From positions 10,664,001-10,728,000 of the forward strand of contig NC_043011.1 of the NCBI RefSeq assembly GCF_006345805.1: 64,000 nt of DNA, in the 5' to 3' direction. Source of the stretch: Octopus sinensis. Its lineage: Eukaryota. A program made the position numbers and the translations under genes. Numbering within the stretch: position 1 is the stretch's first letter; each line of letters opens with the position of its first letter. Positions 28,741 through 43,000 of the stretch are shown here, in pieces. The notes under the pieces are model-generated. The model was not told where the DNA came from and did not search any database. It saw nothing but the letters and a program-made list of their open reading frames with translations.

Positions 28741-29283
28741 AGAATTAGAAATGTATTTTTGCAATGTTTGTATTATCTATTTTTGAAGTAATTCCGTTAG
28801 AAATGGTAGGAAGAATCTTGTTTAGCATAAAAAAAATGTGAGCCACTAATATTCTAAGTAATGCTGGGATGTATTTTAAAATGGGATTTTTGTGATGTTG
28901 ATATCGTTTAGCCCTGAGTAAACAGACTTATGGTCAAAAACATTACAGTTTTGACTAATCCAATTTTTTTTTTTTATTCTAGACATTGTGTTTTCAGGAC
29001 TACACAATCGAATTAGCAATTTTCTAAAAAGATGTTAGTCTGATTTGAGAAAGACTTGCCTACTATATCTAACAGGGTAAGCGACTGCGCAGAGGCTACC
29101 TCGTTGGCGTCTACCAGAAATAATAATTACAGAAAGTATTAGTGCTTAATGTCTGAAGATAATCAGACAAAGACATACCAACAAATATGATTGCATGTCT
29201 GCTCCGTTAATGTCGGGGTTGCATTTCAGATTATGTAGGAGTTTATATAAATATACCAGTCAGCTGCATTAGAACCGAGAGAG

Positions 29284-29347
29284 CGTCATAGATAGGGTGG
29301 AGAACGTCATAGATAGAGTGGAGAACGTCATAGATAGGGTGGAGAAC
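29284..29347. repeat. 21-bp tandem repeat x3
   Basis: CGTCATAGATAG(G/A)GTGGAGAA. Confidence 0.9.
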
Positions 29348-30999
29348 AGTTAAACTAATCCCACAAGATTATTGTAAAATATGACATATAAACTTTGTAA
29401 TCGAATTATAACTTCTAGGATAATGAAATGTTTATAGATGATATGTTTAACGGAAAATATAGGAAAAGTAATTGTGAAAGAAAATATATCACTGGTAAAG
29501 ATTTGAAGTATTGAGTTCTGTAAAGAAATTTTTCAGGCTAGTCTCTAAATTTTTGTAAAATGCAAAATTTTCGTAACTTTAGGACTATGGGTGGGAAGGG
29601 ATGAGTGTGTGCGGAAAAGTAGGCGCTATATCTGTTTATAGATGACCTGAAACTTTGAAAACACAACGCAGATCAAACAGTACCTTTAGTGAAAATAGTA
29701 GATGGAAATAAATTTGAGATGAAAAGATTGAGAAGAATGATGAATGAAACGCGGGAAACTGTTGCGATTATTGTGAAGTAATAGGATACGATTAGCAGAT
29801 AAGGAAATCATATAAGAGGCAAGCAATGAAGGCTATAAATACCTTTTAGACACGATACAAATAAAAACATTGAACTATAAACATTGAGAATATAAATTAC
29901 GAAGATAGACCAGGCGAAAGAAAAAGCAACAAAAAAAGCCAAGCATACCTCTTAGAATATCGACCAACAAAAGATGAATTACAGCAACGAAAATATGAAC
30001 ATTACTGAAAATGAGAAAGATCTAAGAGTAGAAAGATCTAAAGATAGAAATTTTGTATATAACAATAATCTAAACGAGAAAATAGTTGAATAATTGAAAT
30101 GAATAAGTAGATTTTTCTATGGATTAGCGAAATATCCCGCCAAAGATGAAACTTATGGATAAAATAGCAACAAGCAATAAAAGAACATCATTGTTGGAAG
30201 TAGATGGAAACAGAATTACGATCAGGTTATCTCAAATAATTTATACAGCAGCAGTTGCAGCAGTTTTTTTTTTTTTTGTTTTTTCACAGAAAAGCTAGTA
30301 TCGTTTCAAAACGTCGTGAAAAGCCAGGTAAATGACGTCGAAGACAAACGAAGAGAGAAATAAACAAAAGATTTGCCAATCCTTAATGAAATCACCAACA
30401 AGGAAAAGACATAAAGGAGGAGGAAGGGGAGCGAGAGAGAGGCGGGGATTGACGAATGTTCTAGATTCATCCCATAAAAGTAAAGTACCCAGATTCAAAG
30501 AACTCGTATAACAAGAGATTCTTGCTAAACCGCAAATTATCCGTCAAAAATGCGACATCGTTTTCTCTCAATAAAATTAACACTTTGAATACATCACCTC
30601 CTCCAAACCAACCAAGAATTAAATAAAAGTAAACAGAAGCTAAATACAACGCCATTAGCGAATAGTTAACAAACTATGTCTTAATTAGGTGAAAAGTAAT
30701 TTAGCTTGGAAGAAAGAATAATAAATTATTCCGACCCGGCATTTGATTGGTTTTATTTTATTGACTCCAGAAATATGAATTTGAACTTGGAACATAAACA
30801 AACATAAGTAAATTCCTTCAGAAATTTTATCTGGAACTCCAAATGCTGTGACTTCACAGTATTTGCCGCAAGGTAAACTTGATGAGCGGAACATTTATAG
30901 AAGAGTAATATCATGTTAGATAAAGAATCAGTCCGGAGCCAGACTTAAAAATACTTCTTTGCTACAATGGTAGGAATGCATGAACAAAGTACAATTCAC

Positions 31000-31760
31000 A
31001 TAAAATGACGTTAGTAAGGAATATTATAATGCAATTTATGTTAATACCTAAAACTAAGTCAAATAAAAAAGAAGTAGTAAATGTATAGTATTATGTTTAT
31101 AATATTCACAACTCGAAGCTAAATGAATGAGCAAGACGAGGCAGAAAAAACAATAATGAGTGCCTTATACAATATTTACTGCAGGACTGGAATAATATGG
31201 AGAATAAAGGTTAAATAATATTAATAGACAGAAAATACATTTGATTCCGTATTTAGAGGGTCAAAGCGACATAAATAGAGGTTTAGGGAAGTGATGTTGC
31301 AAGAAATTGCTCCAGCATGGGCAATACCTCACAAACCAAAGAGGATTAGAATAAAGAGGACAGGATCAATAACTGAGACAAAAGATTTTTGATTGAGATG
31401 TTAAAGTACTAAAAACAAAGATTATCGTAACTACAGACTATGTGGTGGTGGGTGTAACGAAGGAATTACATTGATTCTGGCCGTCCATTTTTTGCCGAAA
31501 TGGAACCACACACACAGAGGTCAGAGTGGTCAGTGTCATAACGTGGAAATGATGGCAGTAATTAAAAAATAATCTCAGGACTGAGATGGTGGAAATCTTC
31601 AGCAGAAAATGTCTCTGACAAAGACAAAATGACCAACTTTGAGTCATGCCAGTTCATAAAACAAGAAGTTAAGGGAAATTGTTTAGATCTTATTATCGGA
31701 GGCCATCAAGAAGAGAAATATTTTCTAATCGATGTTTCAGTTCCAATATACAACGATGAC
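31000..31760 (+). mobile_element. Highly degenerate Dong/R4-like LINE 3' remnant
   Basis: LQHGQYL and DLII..FLIDVSVP (RLE-like) peptides in broken frames. Confidence 0.45.
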
Positions 31761-31784
31761 TCTAATGATGATGATAGAAATATT

Positions 31785-31985
31785 GGTAAGGCCAGCAAGT
31801 TCGGAGTTGTGGGTAAGTCGGTTACATCGATCTCACTGATTAACTGGTACTTAGTTTATCGACACGGAAAGTATGAAAAGCAAAGTTGACCTCGGCGGAA
31901 TTTGAACTCAGGACGTAAAGACAGACGAATTGTAGCTAAGCACTTTGCCTCGTATGCTTACCATTCTGCCAGTTAGCCGTCTTCT
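31785..31985 (-). mobile_element. tRNA-derived SINE
   Basis: GACCTCGGCGGAATTTGAACTC B-box region shared with 55080-55295 and 61369-61594. Confidence 0.8.
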
Positions 31986-32429
31986 GAACGCTAAAAATAT
32001 TAATATATTTGTTGCTTTGCCTTCAGATAATTTTGATCAAAGATCCAGATGTGACCATTCCAGCTGATATTCTGATACAGAATATTCAGAAAGGCCTTAT
32101 TCGATAAGACCCCTCTGTTTAAAGACGGTTAAGAGTGATTTAAGAGAAAGAATTAATGGCGATTTTGCAGACCCAGATGCTGAAGTTATTGTTGTTACTG
32201 ATATGCGCGTGCGCATGTGCATGCGTTGTAGTGAGATGCTGTTAGTACTTTTGCGCCTGTTGTTGTAATGGTGGTTTCTTTTTGTTGAAGAAAATTTTAC
32301 ACGAAAAAGTAAAAATTCCGCAAGAACTTTCTTGACAACTTAATATATATGTATATATAAATTGACAGAATGAGATATAAAAAAAAAACCTAGGCAGTAA
32401 ATAGATTTCATAACATTTATCAAGAAAAG

Positions 32430-32477
32430 GCCTTACAGCTATTTCCGGGATATTTTATATATCCCTTCATCAGAGAC
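32430..32477 (-). ncRNA. Minimal type I hammerhead motif
   Basis: GTCT-CTGATGA-A-GGGATAT/ATAAA/ATATCCC-G-GAAA-TAGCTGTA-AGGC. Confidence 0.7.
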
Positions 32478-32548
32478 GGTGCGAGAAAATGCTTGAGTAT
32501 TAATTATTGTAGAGAAGATATGAAATAGGGAGGGAAGTAAGAGAATGA

Positions 32549-34834
32549 GGGGATAATGCAGTTTCGCACCTCTCCTTGAAAAATGCATTTTTTTAAAAAA
32601 AATCTTTCGGATTCCTACGTTTTAGATGTCGGAGATTACGATATGCAAAAAAAATCATTTTACTCATCCCCCGCCACCACTCCACCCCCTCTTAAAATTT
32701 GAACTTTTTTGAAATTTTTTTTCCTCTTGGTTTTACATGACGGAGATTCCGAATATGCAAGAAGCCACGTTTTCAAAATTTTAAATTCAATAAGCATATA
32801 GATACGTGTATAAAGAAATAGAAATGTCTTCTTGGGAGATTACGAATATGCAAAAAAAAATTTTTTAACCCCACCAGCCTCACCCCGCCCCATTTAAATT
32901 TTTGATTTTGTTTACTTTAAAGAGGTGGTAGCGAATTGACGAACATATGCAAATCGAGATTAAATCCAGACAAAAGCATTAAAGTGAAAAGAACTCGCGT
33001 TTTACTTGTGTTTGCCATAAATAATAGTATAAAATAATTGAATGTAAATTAAACAGACACCATTTTATGAGAAACAATGCTTAATAACTCAATGTAACAT
33101 GTTTTGTTTATTTGTATTTTTTAATGTTCATAAATGCATTTTTGCCACTAAATTCAAAAATCACATTCGTTTTGACGTAACATCGATACTTATTTATTTA
33201 TTCCAAATTTCATATTTGCTCGTTATATTTGTAACTTTTCTCTACAGCACTTTATTGGTTCAATCTATTCTAGTATTGTAAGGATAATTACACAACATTT
33301 AGTACTTTTTTCATATATTGAAAAGCATTTAGGAAGTATAATATTAGTTAGAACAAAAAGAAACAATAAAACTCTGCACTGTAAATGCCTTGATAAGTCT
33401 TTTCTTAAGATGAGAAGTGCTTTGACTATCGAGATTTTCTGGAGTGTATACCTTCATCTCTTCTGACTAGAGACCATATATAATCTCCCATCATAGCAGT
33501 ATCCCATCGTCCTTGGTATCTTCTTTCCATAGTTGCGCCGTCCTGATGAAATCTCTCACCATGATCCTCACTTCATAGCGTTTCCAGTACACAGATGTAT
33601 TGCAGTCTTCCCCCAGTAGATTCCATTCCTTCAACCTTCATGAAAGTTCAGCTCCTGACTTAGTAAGACCCAGATCCCTGAGTAAATGATCTAGCTCACT
33701 CTGATTTGGAAAGTGAGGCTCTGAAGTCGTTCATGGTACGAAAGCTTCCTCCATTTCTTGGCTGCTGCTACTTATTGACTCTTCAGATGAAATATTTTCT
33801 GGTGGTAGTGGTACTCGTAAACTGTCAGGTGCTCTAGATGATGGTTTGTCTGGATACTGAAGAGCTCGTCTTCTTTTCACTTTTCTGTACTTTGTCACAT
33901 CGATCATACAAAAGTAACAGTCATCGTGATGGTTCTTTGGCTCTCTCCATACCCTTGGAATGGCAAAAGGCATTGACCTTCCTGTACCTCTTAACCATCA
34001 TTCTAGAGTAGACTGACAGCTTCCACATATCACATGTGGGGGCCTATGGTTTGTCTTGGTCACCCATGGTCATTCCGGAATAGTCTGTACGCTATCCACA
34101 ATTTAGCACCTTTCACGATCTTATGTAATACCTGCTTTTTTCCAATATAATAACTACACACATAGCAAAATGTAACTGGAGAATTTTTACATACTGAAAG
34201 TAGCAGAACTTAGTAATTGGTCTGAAAGAGAAAATTAGACATACATTTAGTAGCGGAACATTATAACAATATTGAATATATAATAACATTGAAAGTCGAC
34301 ATATTTTTTTAACTGTTGATGATACACAAAAAATAATTTCATTTTTGGAATCAGCAGAAAAAATGGATTGATAAACAATAAAAACAAATACAATAAACAA
34401 ATTTTTTTGAAAATTGTTACGTTGATGTTATAAAGTTTAATAAGGGGCACAAATTTCACCCTTCTACCAATTTTAAATTTTGGGCTTTTTCATCCATTTA
34501 AAATATACTTGTAAACTAAATGTGGAGCTCCTATAGAAGACGGTGTTACTGTTGTTTTCATATCTAGCTCTTTCTTTATACACGTATCTATATGCTTATT
34601 GAATTTAAAATTTTGAAAACGTGGCTTCTTGCATATTCGGAATCTCCGTCATGTAAAACCAAGGGGGAAAAAAATTTCAAATTTTAAGAGGGGGTGGAGT
34701 GGTGGCGGGGGATGCGTAAAATTTTTTTCTTTTGCATATTCGTAATCTCCGACATCTAAAAAGTAGGAGTCCGAAAATCTTTTTTTTTTTTTAAATGCAT
34801 TTTTCAAGGAGAGGTGCGAAACTGCATTAGCCCC
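32549..34834 (-). mobile_element. Non-autonomous TIR DNA transposon (~265-bp TIRs) with deleted Chapaev3-like transposase
   Basis: TIR GGGG(A/C)TAATGCAGTTTCGCACCTCTCC; internal minus-strand MPFAIPRVWREPKNHHDDCYFC and YQGRWDTAMMGDYIW remnants at 33460-34130. Confidence 0.85.
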
Positions 34835-35170
34835 AAAAGTGAGATATAAAAGGATTTTGTATTTGCAGTTCCGTTATTCAAGTAGAATAGTGAATATAAG
34901 GGGTGAAAAAAATTGGGAGAGGGGGAATTTTCTTGTATCTGGTATGTAAGTTCTAATAGTAGTTATATTTGGTCATTCCAAGCATAGAGCTTTGTAAACA
35001 GTGTTGGTCGATCGAAAATTTCTTCCACCATTTATATACACCATTCTACTTGAATAATGGAACTGCAAATACACTATCCTTATGTATCTCACTTCTATAT
35101 TCATTCTCTTACTTCCTCTGTATTTCGTATCTTCTCTACAATAACTATTACTTAAACACTTTCTCGCACC

Positions 35171-35218
35171 GTCTCTGATGAAAGGATACATAAAATATCC
35201 TGGAAATAGCTGTAAGAC
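35171..35218 (+). ncRNA. Minimal type I hammerhead motif
   Basis: GTCT-CTGATGA-A-AGGATA/CATAAAA/TATCCT-G-GAAA-TAGCTGTA-AGAC. Confidence 0.72.
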
Positions 35219-35446
35219 CTTTTCTTGATAAATGTTATGAAATCTGTTTACTGCCTTGGTTTTTTTATCGCATTCTGTTAATTTATATATATGCATGCTA
35301 ATACATGACCCACGTTGGACTCCTCACTCATATCCTTATCGAGCCTGGAGCTTAACTATGGTCGATCCATAGCACTTAGCGTTTACCCGATATTTTTCTG
35401 ACACCCAATACCTTTCATACATAGATATATACATATATGTAGATAG

Positions 35447-35478
<32 letters not shown>

Positions 35479-35489
35479 ACACACAACAA

Positions 35490-36130
35490 AATGACGTCAA
35501 AAATTTTTCTTTTTTTTTGTAATTCGATTTTTAGAAAGCTGATCCTCGGTTTGGCTGTTGTTTCTAGCTTGTCAGTTTTCCGGTAGGGGCATACTTAAAA
35601 ATTGAAAATTTTGAAACCCCTAGAACACGTTTTCATTCTTTGCCCCTCTGGCAAAGAAAAAGAGGAGGTGGGAGAATTTCCCTTAGGATGGAGGGGAGGT
35701 TTTTTTTTTAAAAAAATGAAATTTTACAAACACTTTTATTAGAATCATAATCTCCGTATTTTTCTACGTATTTCGCCAAAAAATGTTTCTAAAATAAGTG
35801 AAAAATGAAGAAATTTGCGGCGAGGGGGATTTAAGTTTTGAAATTTTTTCTTCCTTTGTAATTCGTATGAAAATTTTGAAAACGTGTTTCTAGCATTGTC
35901 AGGTTTTCTGTTCAGATACTTTTTGCGTCAGCTATTTTATAATTCTATGCGGGTGTGAAAACACTTTAATTTCACTTCTTGTCATAGGGTGGGTGAGAGG
36001 GTGGTGTTTATTTATTTTTTGAAAAATTGAAATTTTACAATTTTTTTTTTACAGAATCATAATCTCAATATTTTTCTACGTATTTCGACTAAAGAAATTT
36101 TTTTAAAAAGTGAAAATTAAAAATTTTTAA
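35490..36130. repeat. Imperfect ~320-340-bp tandem duplication, probably within an unclassified repeat
   Basis: TGTAATTCG..TGTTTCTAGC and AGAATCATAATCTC..TTCTACGTATTTCG blocks each occur twice. Confidence 0.65.
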
Positions 36131-36984
36131 ATGCTTTTTTTTTCTTTTTTTTTTTTTTTTTTGCAGTGCGGTCCATGATCTTTACCTCCGCCGACGTCTT
36201 TGCTGTGAGGTGGATGATTTGAACTGGTAAAGGAACGAGACCAAACAGTGAAGTTGGCTACGAAGACAGATTTGAGGCGACCAGTAAAATTGAACCCGAG
36301 CGACGTAGAACCATATTACACAAGACATCCAACCAGGTAAGTCTACTTTTTATTTATATAGGTGTGTTTTATATGTACGCATGTGAGCGTTTCATTTGTA
36401 TTTACGTATGTTTCTTAAAATTGTTAGCGAGCTTGGAATTGTAGTTAATGGTATGCAGAGTTATGTTTATCATGGTAAAGAAGTACCTAAAGTTATTTTG
36501 GTGCTGTTACTTTTCTATCCGACAAGACAAACACTAAAACTCAAGCAAGTCAACTAAATCAAGACAGTTTGTATGTGTTGATTAGTTTAGGCGGCAGTAT
36601 GTGAATAGCAAGATAGCGAGAGATAACATTTGTACGATTTTAGAGTTCACAAAGTTGCTAATAGTTATGGCACTTCCTTAGGAAGTCTCCTAGTCTAAAT
36701 CAATAATAGTCTCCTGTATGAAGATAATGGAAAGTAAAAGTAGTCGGATGCGTCAAACTAAATATACGAGAAGCAGTTGAGGGAGAGAACAAGTTCGGTT
36801 AGACGAAGAAATGTGGAGGTGTCAGGTTGGGGTTTGGGTCGAAGGTCTGGGAAGTGTTTGAATGCAAGAAGTCCGTTGTATGGGATCACCGTTAACGGTG
36901 GGTCCACTGGTTAACGGAAACGGCATCCTTCACTGTGATGCCAAACGGCATCCTTCACTGTATATATGGCTGAGATCCTACACC

Positions 36985-38510
36985 GTCAATACTGCTCTGT
37001 TTTCAGTGATCGTGATTCAGTTGACTCAAGCAGCTTTGCTTCTTTGAATCCTCAACGTGTCCTTTCCGACAAAACCTTTGATGCCGCTGACATCCTAGCA
37101 GCAATAAAAGAAATCAAACCTGATTCAACAGTGAACCCTGACAGGTTCCCTGCAAGGAATGCAGACAGCAACGTGCAGTTCCTCTTGCAAATCCCAGTCA
37201 GTCGTTCCAATCTTTAAAAAGGGGAATAAATCGCCCAATCTCGCTCTCCTCACATATTTGAGAGTGTTGAGGTCAAGAATAACAGCCTTCCTAGAGCAAA
37301 ATCATCTTCTAAATTGCAACCAGCATGGCTTTCGTGGTGAGAGGGACTGCCTAATACAGCTCCTCTACCACTTTGGTGAAATCTTAAAGTGAGGGCTCCA
37401 ACGCCGTTCTCATATACCTTGATTTCAGGAGGGCCTTTGACAGAGTCGACTACAGTAAACTGTTAAGGAAACTATCCAATGCTGGAGTCAGTGGAAAGCT
37501 ACTTTAGATCAAGTATTTTCTAACAAACATGACCCAGCATGTTGTGGTTATTAGCATCCACTCAAGATCAGCAAAAGACATCAGCGGAGTCCCGTGGGGC
37601 ATTGTGCTAGGTCCACTTCTTTTTATTGCCTATATCAATGAAATTGCTGATTCCATTGAATATAGCACCATAAAAATATTTGCAGATGGCTCTAAGCTCC
37701 ATTAAGGGAGCATATGATCGAACGATGCTTCAATCGGACCTATACGCAGTAACTCAGTGGGCTCAAAAATACAATATGCAGTTGAACGGAGAAAAATTTG
37801 AGCTCATCCACTTTGGAAGAGAGAGCACACTCAAACAACCATATACACTACCGTCGGGATACCTACTTGAACCGTCAGATAATATCAGGGACTTAGATGT
37901 AACTGTCGACAGCAACCTTCGCTGGAGTGTGCACATCAACAAAAAAAGTCGATGTTGCCCGGGGAATGTCCTCATGGATCCTCAAGACTTTTCAATCTAG
38001 GGATCCTGAAACCATCATCTTTCTCTTCTCTACATTCGCTTGGCCCCACCTCGAATACTACTGCCCATTGTGGTCCCCTTACAAAAAGCAAGACACACTA
38101 TTTATACCATGTGAAAAATATATCGGGCAATTTGTCGGTATTATGTTTCCAATTCACCCAAGACTAGGCCCCCAACCAATGCATCCCCAACAAAGGCCGA
38201 GATCACATCACATCAGAACATTGCGGCACAATTTCTTCACTGCAAATGGTCCTGCTCTTTTCAGTGTTATCCCGAAAGAAATTAAAGTAGAAAAATACCC
38301 CACAACCTTTAAACGGTACCTGGACAAATTCCTCCAGGAAATACCGGATAAAGCACCTACATCTGGATACGTCTCAGCCAACAACAACTCTCTGCTTGAG
38401 TGGTCCATGGTGACCCGAAATGATTGATTAAAAGACTTTTCCAGGTGGTGCTATTTAGTTAGTCATGGCCTGGGCCGATAATGGCCGATACCAATCTGTT
38501 ATCTAAGTTA
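36985..38510 (+). mobile_element. Degenerate CR1-group LINE (family D), RT to 3' end
   Basis: QHGFR, YLDFRRAFDRV, GVP.GIVLGPL, FAD, IRDLDV, LDKFLQEIPD; 3' hairpin at 38444-38490. Confidence 0.88.
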
Positions 38511-38559
38511 TATAAACGCTCTTGCTTCACTCTTCATGGTCGATTTGTGGATGGGTGGG

Positions 38560-39155
38560 TGTACGTGTGTGTGTATCTGTCTGTATATGTGTGTGTGTGT
38601 CTGTCTGTATATGTGTGTCTGCTTGTGTGTCTGCTTGTGTGTGTCTGCTTGTGTGTGTCTGTATATATGTGTGTGTGTGTGTGTGTTTGTCTGTATATAT
38701 GTGTGTGTGTGTGTGTGTTTGTCTGTATATATGTGTGTGTGTCTGTATGTATATATGTGTGTGTGTTTGTCTGTATATATGTCTGTGTGTGTGTCTGTCT
38801 GTATATATGTCTGTGTGTGTGTCTGTCTGTATATATGTGTGTGTGTGTGTCTGTCTGTATATATGTCTGTGTGTGTGTCTGTCTGTATATATGTCTGTGT
38901 GTGTGTCTGTCTGTATATATGTCTGTGTGTGTGTCTGTATATATATGCGTGTGTGTGTCTGTGTGTATATATGTGTGTGTGTTTCTGTGTATGTATATAT
39001 GTGTGTTTGTCTCTGTCTGTATATATATATGTGTGTGTGTGTGTGTCTGCCTGTATATATATGTGTGTGTGTGTGTGTGTATCTATTTGTATATATGTGT
39101 GTGTGTGTCTGTGTGTGTCATTCTGTATACATGTGTGTGTGTCTGTATGTGTGAG
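38560..39155. repeat. Compound (TG)n/(TCTG)/(TA) minisatellite
   Basis: Direct reading. Confidence 0.95.
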
Positions 39156-41759
39156 AACTAACAATATCCCTTGAATTTTACTGGTACTTACATGATAGAA
39201 TATATCAGGTCAAGTTCTACTTGTTATTGGTTCTCTGTAATACTGTACAACCTGTCACATTTCAAGTTTGTAAGTGACAAAATCGCCCTCCGCCAAAAAT
39301 GTACATATAGTGTAGCAGTTGAGGAAGATATGAGAACCCGGCAAAATTAATTAAAAAATCTGACAAAGGACGTATGAAGCTCTCAAATACAGGAAAATTG
39401 TGTTACTTAAATTATAGATTTTTGATAAATGTTTTGCAGCCTACGGAAAAGCCTTTCAGTGATTTTCAAATCTTTTTAGTTTTTTATTGTCTCGATTTGA
39501 TTTATTTCCATTTACTCCTTCTGTGTAAAATACTAAGCAATTGCTAAATACAAACGCCCTTGTCACTGACAAAACACTCCCTTTAAGACAGCTTGTTAGC
39601 GCTAACAACATTGGTATGTTGGTTCAGGAGTAGAAATTATATAATTCTGGAGTAAATACCTTGAAGTATTTAGTTTCACCCCTCTATATTCCGGGTTCAA
39701 TTCCTATCAATATCGACTTTGCTTCACCGTCTCTAGTGTCGATCGAATAACTATTGATCGTATTCCAGATAGCTTCAATCAATTATACATCTATGCGGCC
39801 AAATTTATTCCCCCGACGGCATCCCATATGATAAAGCACAATATATGGTAGTTAGATACAGACGTAGAATATAAGTAACACTGGATCCGTGTTTCGCAGC
39901 TCTATTGAAGACTGTTCATTCAAGCAGCTTGGGCTTGAGGTAAATAACACCAATAATTGCCGACACGCATTATGCAAGTGAGAGCAGACTCTTCTGGATT
40001 TGAAGTTTATCATATGCATATGTTACACAAACACATACACACACACACTGAGGAAAGAGTATTCAATACCAATAGCTAAGTAACAATATTTATTGTCTCA
40101 TTAATGATTTATAAATTAGGGTCAATAACTCATGCTGATATGCTAGGTTTCCTGTCTGTGGAACTGGTCAGTCGACATTCTTTCAGATCTCTCACTGACT
40201 GAAGGAATGTTAGTTGCCCAACTGCACTGACAGGTAACTCGCAGTATCATAATGAGATCTTCACTATAATAGAAGACATAATGTATGTAAGTTGGCATTT
40301 CTTTCCCTCCCGCTCTTTCTCCTCCCCTTTTGTTTTTCACTCACCCCTCTCTCTATCTCAGCACACACACACACACACCACACACACACACACACGCTTT
40401 CATATGCATATTTTTCTTATAAACAAACAGGATTCTTCAAAATCAAAAGAAGCCCAACTGTTTTGGTGGAAGTGGAGGAGTTTGATTGTCAAACTAATCC
40501 TGTTGTAAGTTTTCTAAGATTATGCAGGGATTAAAGAATAGAAAAGGACTTAAAGTATTAGGATTAGGGTGTTTCTGTTGCTATTTGTCGTTTTGTTTCT
40601 GCATTTGAAATATTTGTAAAAGTTACACAACGCTATAACAACAGTCTTCTATTCAGAGAACGTAAAGTAAATTATTTGTATATATGTGTGTGTGTGTGTG
40701 TGCGTTTATAGATGTGTGCATGTATGTGCATATGTGTGTGTGTGTATGTGCGTATGTGCATATATGAGAGAGAGAGGGAGAGAGTATATAATAAAGAAGT
40801 GTATAAACATTGATGTATGCAAACAAGAAACGATGTACTTTGTAAAAAGAAAAGGACAATGATAGAAGATTTAATCGAAGCTAAATTTCCTGTCTTACAT
40901 CCCCCGCAAAGGAATGGGGTTGGAACTCAGTTGTAACCGTAATGTCTTGGTTTCAGTCAATTAATGTGTGTGTAGAATGTGTGTGTGGAATGTGTGTGTA
41001 TATATCAGATGATGCTATTGATGTAGAATGGTGATAAACTCGTTACTCGTCAAATCCACTTTGCAGTTTTGATTTGAGGTTAAACCATTTCAGTAACTGC
41101 CTGGGGCGACATTCTCCGAGGATCGTTGTCAATAACCTCGACAAGATAGTGTTTTAATGTTCAAACGTCTGCTGCTGATCTATTTTATGGATTCAATGTT
41201 GCAAAACTGGGTTCGGGTTCACATTGAAGCTATTGTCAATATTCCTGACATCATCACAGTATCTCATCTCCTCTCCTTAATTGATGGATTTATCAGCAAA
41301 GAAAAGGTGTTGTTGCGTCCATACTTTCCCCATAGGTTAAGAGTTAAAACCCAATGAAGTCTATTTGGCATAGAAACCGATAATGTACCAGTAATATACT
41401 AAGATTGCTATGGTCCTCCTCAATATAACTATCAACATTACAATGATGAGTGCGCTAAGTTGTTAAAAATATTTGAGCACCGGACTAAATCTTTTTCTAA
41501 GGCTTCAGTTACGTTGCCATGATGGCTAAAGTGCTCCTCATGTAATGACATTGAGTCCCTTGCTTTTTTTTTTTTTTTTCATCTTTTAATAAACGCTAAA
41601 ACCATTTTCTTGCTGTGGCAAGTAGTACAAGTAATTTAAATAGCCACTCATGCGCAGTGGAACATATTTTGATAACTTCAAGCAAATGAAATGAAATTTC
41701 AACTAAACCTAGACGTTCAAAGTTAAATATTATAAATAATTTTTATTTTGTATTTTTTT

Positions 41760-41955
41760 TACTCTTTTACTTGTTTCAGTCATTTGACTGTGGCCGTACT
41801 GGAGCACCGCCTTTAGTCGAGCAAATCGACCCCAGGACTTATTCTTTGTAAGCCTAGTACTTATTCTATCGGTCTCTTTTTGCTGAACCGTTACGGGGAC
41901 GTAAACACACCAGCATCGGTTGTCAAGTGATGTTGGGGGGACAAACACAGACACA
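41760..41955 (-). mobile_element. SINE 3' half with LINE-like tail
   Basis: Reverse complement matches 21835-22005 (AAGGCGGTGCTCCAG..CAGTCAAATGACTGAAACAAGTAAAAGAG). Confidence 0.85.
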
Positions 41956-42109
41956 CAAACTTACATGTATAAATATATATATATATAATATATACATATA
42001 TGCATATATATATATATATATATATACATACATATATATATGTACATGTATATATGTATATGTATGTATATATATATATATATAATATATATATAATATA
42101 TATATATTA

Positions 42110-42140
<31 letters not shown>

Positions 42141-42228
42141 ATGTATATATATATATTATATATATATATATATTATATATATATATTATATATATATATA
42201 TATGTGTATAAGGGTGAAAAGGAACACA

Positions 42229-42428
42229 CGAGTTGATATATATGAAAAAACAAGTCAAAAATAGAAAATGCTAAAATAATTTTATAGTGAACATTTCAGG
42301 ACCCAGGTTTCAAGGTGTTTGCCTATTGTCAACGTATGGCAGGCACCGCCCCTCGACGCTGGGTCCTGAAATGTTCACTATAAAATTATTTTAGCATTTT
42401 CTATTTTTGACTTGTTTTTTCATATATA
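42229..42428. mobile_element. Fold-back element, ~70-bp perfect arms, within (TA)n
   Basis: 42237-42306 / 42359-42428; minus-strand GAAACCTGGGTC resembles a hammerhead 3' half. Confidence 0.8.
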
Positions 42429-42620
42429 TATATATATACATACATACATATACATATATACATATACATATATATATATATATATATACATACAGACATA
42501 TACATATATATATATATATATTATATATATATACATATGTATATGTATGTATATATATATATATATATATATATAATACATACATACATATACATATATA
42601 CATATATATATATATATTAT

Positions 42621-42664
<44 letters not shown>

Positions 42665-42710
42665 CATACATATACATATATACATATACATATATACATA
42701 TACATATATA

Positions 42711-42961
42711 ACCAGGGCAGGTAACACACTGGATCTCTGCTTCACAAATAATATGGATCTCATCCATAATGTGACAGTGACACCGACACTACTCTCGGAT
42801 CACAACAAGGTAGAGCTGACCATGTACGGGCCAAAGGAAAGCATGGACATGCAGCCTACAAGAAACCCTCAGAATCTTTCCAGCTTGAACTTCCATAAGG
42901 CAAACTGGAAACAAATTGAGAAAGAGATCCTCAAACAAAACTGGCCTGAATGTCTCTCCTC

Positions 42962-43000
<39 letters not shown>

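Larger units (their letters stand above)
32345..35292. mobile_element. Fold-back PLE-terminus-like element (~280-bp arms, a hammerhead in each) interrupted by a DNA transposon
   Basis: 32345-32548 plus 34835-34915 is the inverse of ~35020-35292; TA-rich flanks. Confidence 0.82.

Noticed and set aside
33543-33560. CTGATGA core matches here and at 22404
   Set aside because: No stems or GAAA partner; they lie inside transposase or LINE coding remnants
38481-39174. 200+ aa Cys/Val- or His/Thr-rich ORFs
   Set aside because: Translation of (TG)n repeats; same for the ORFs at 23186-23806
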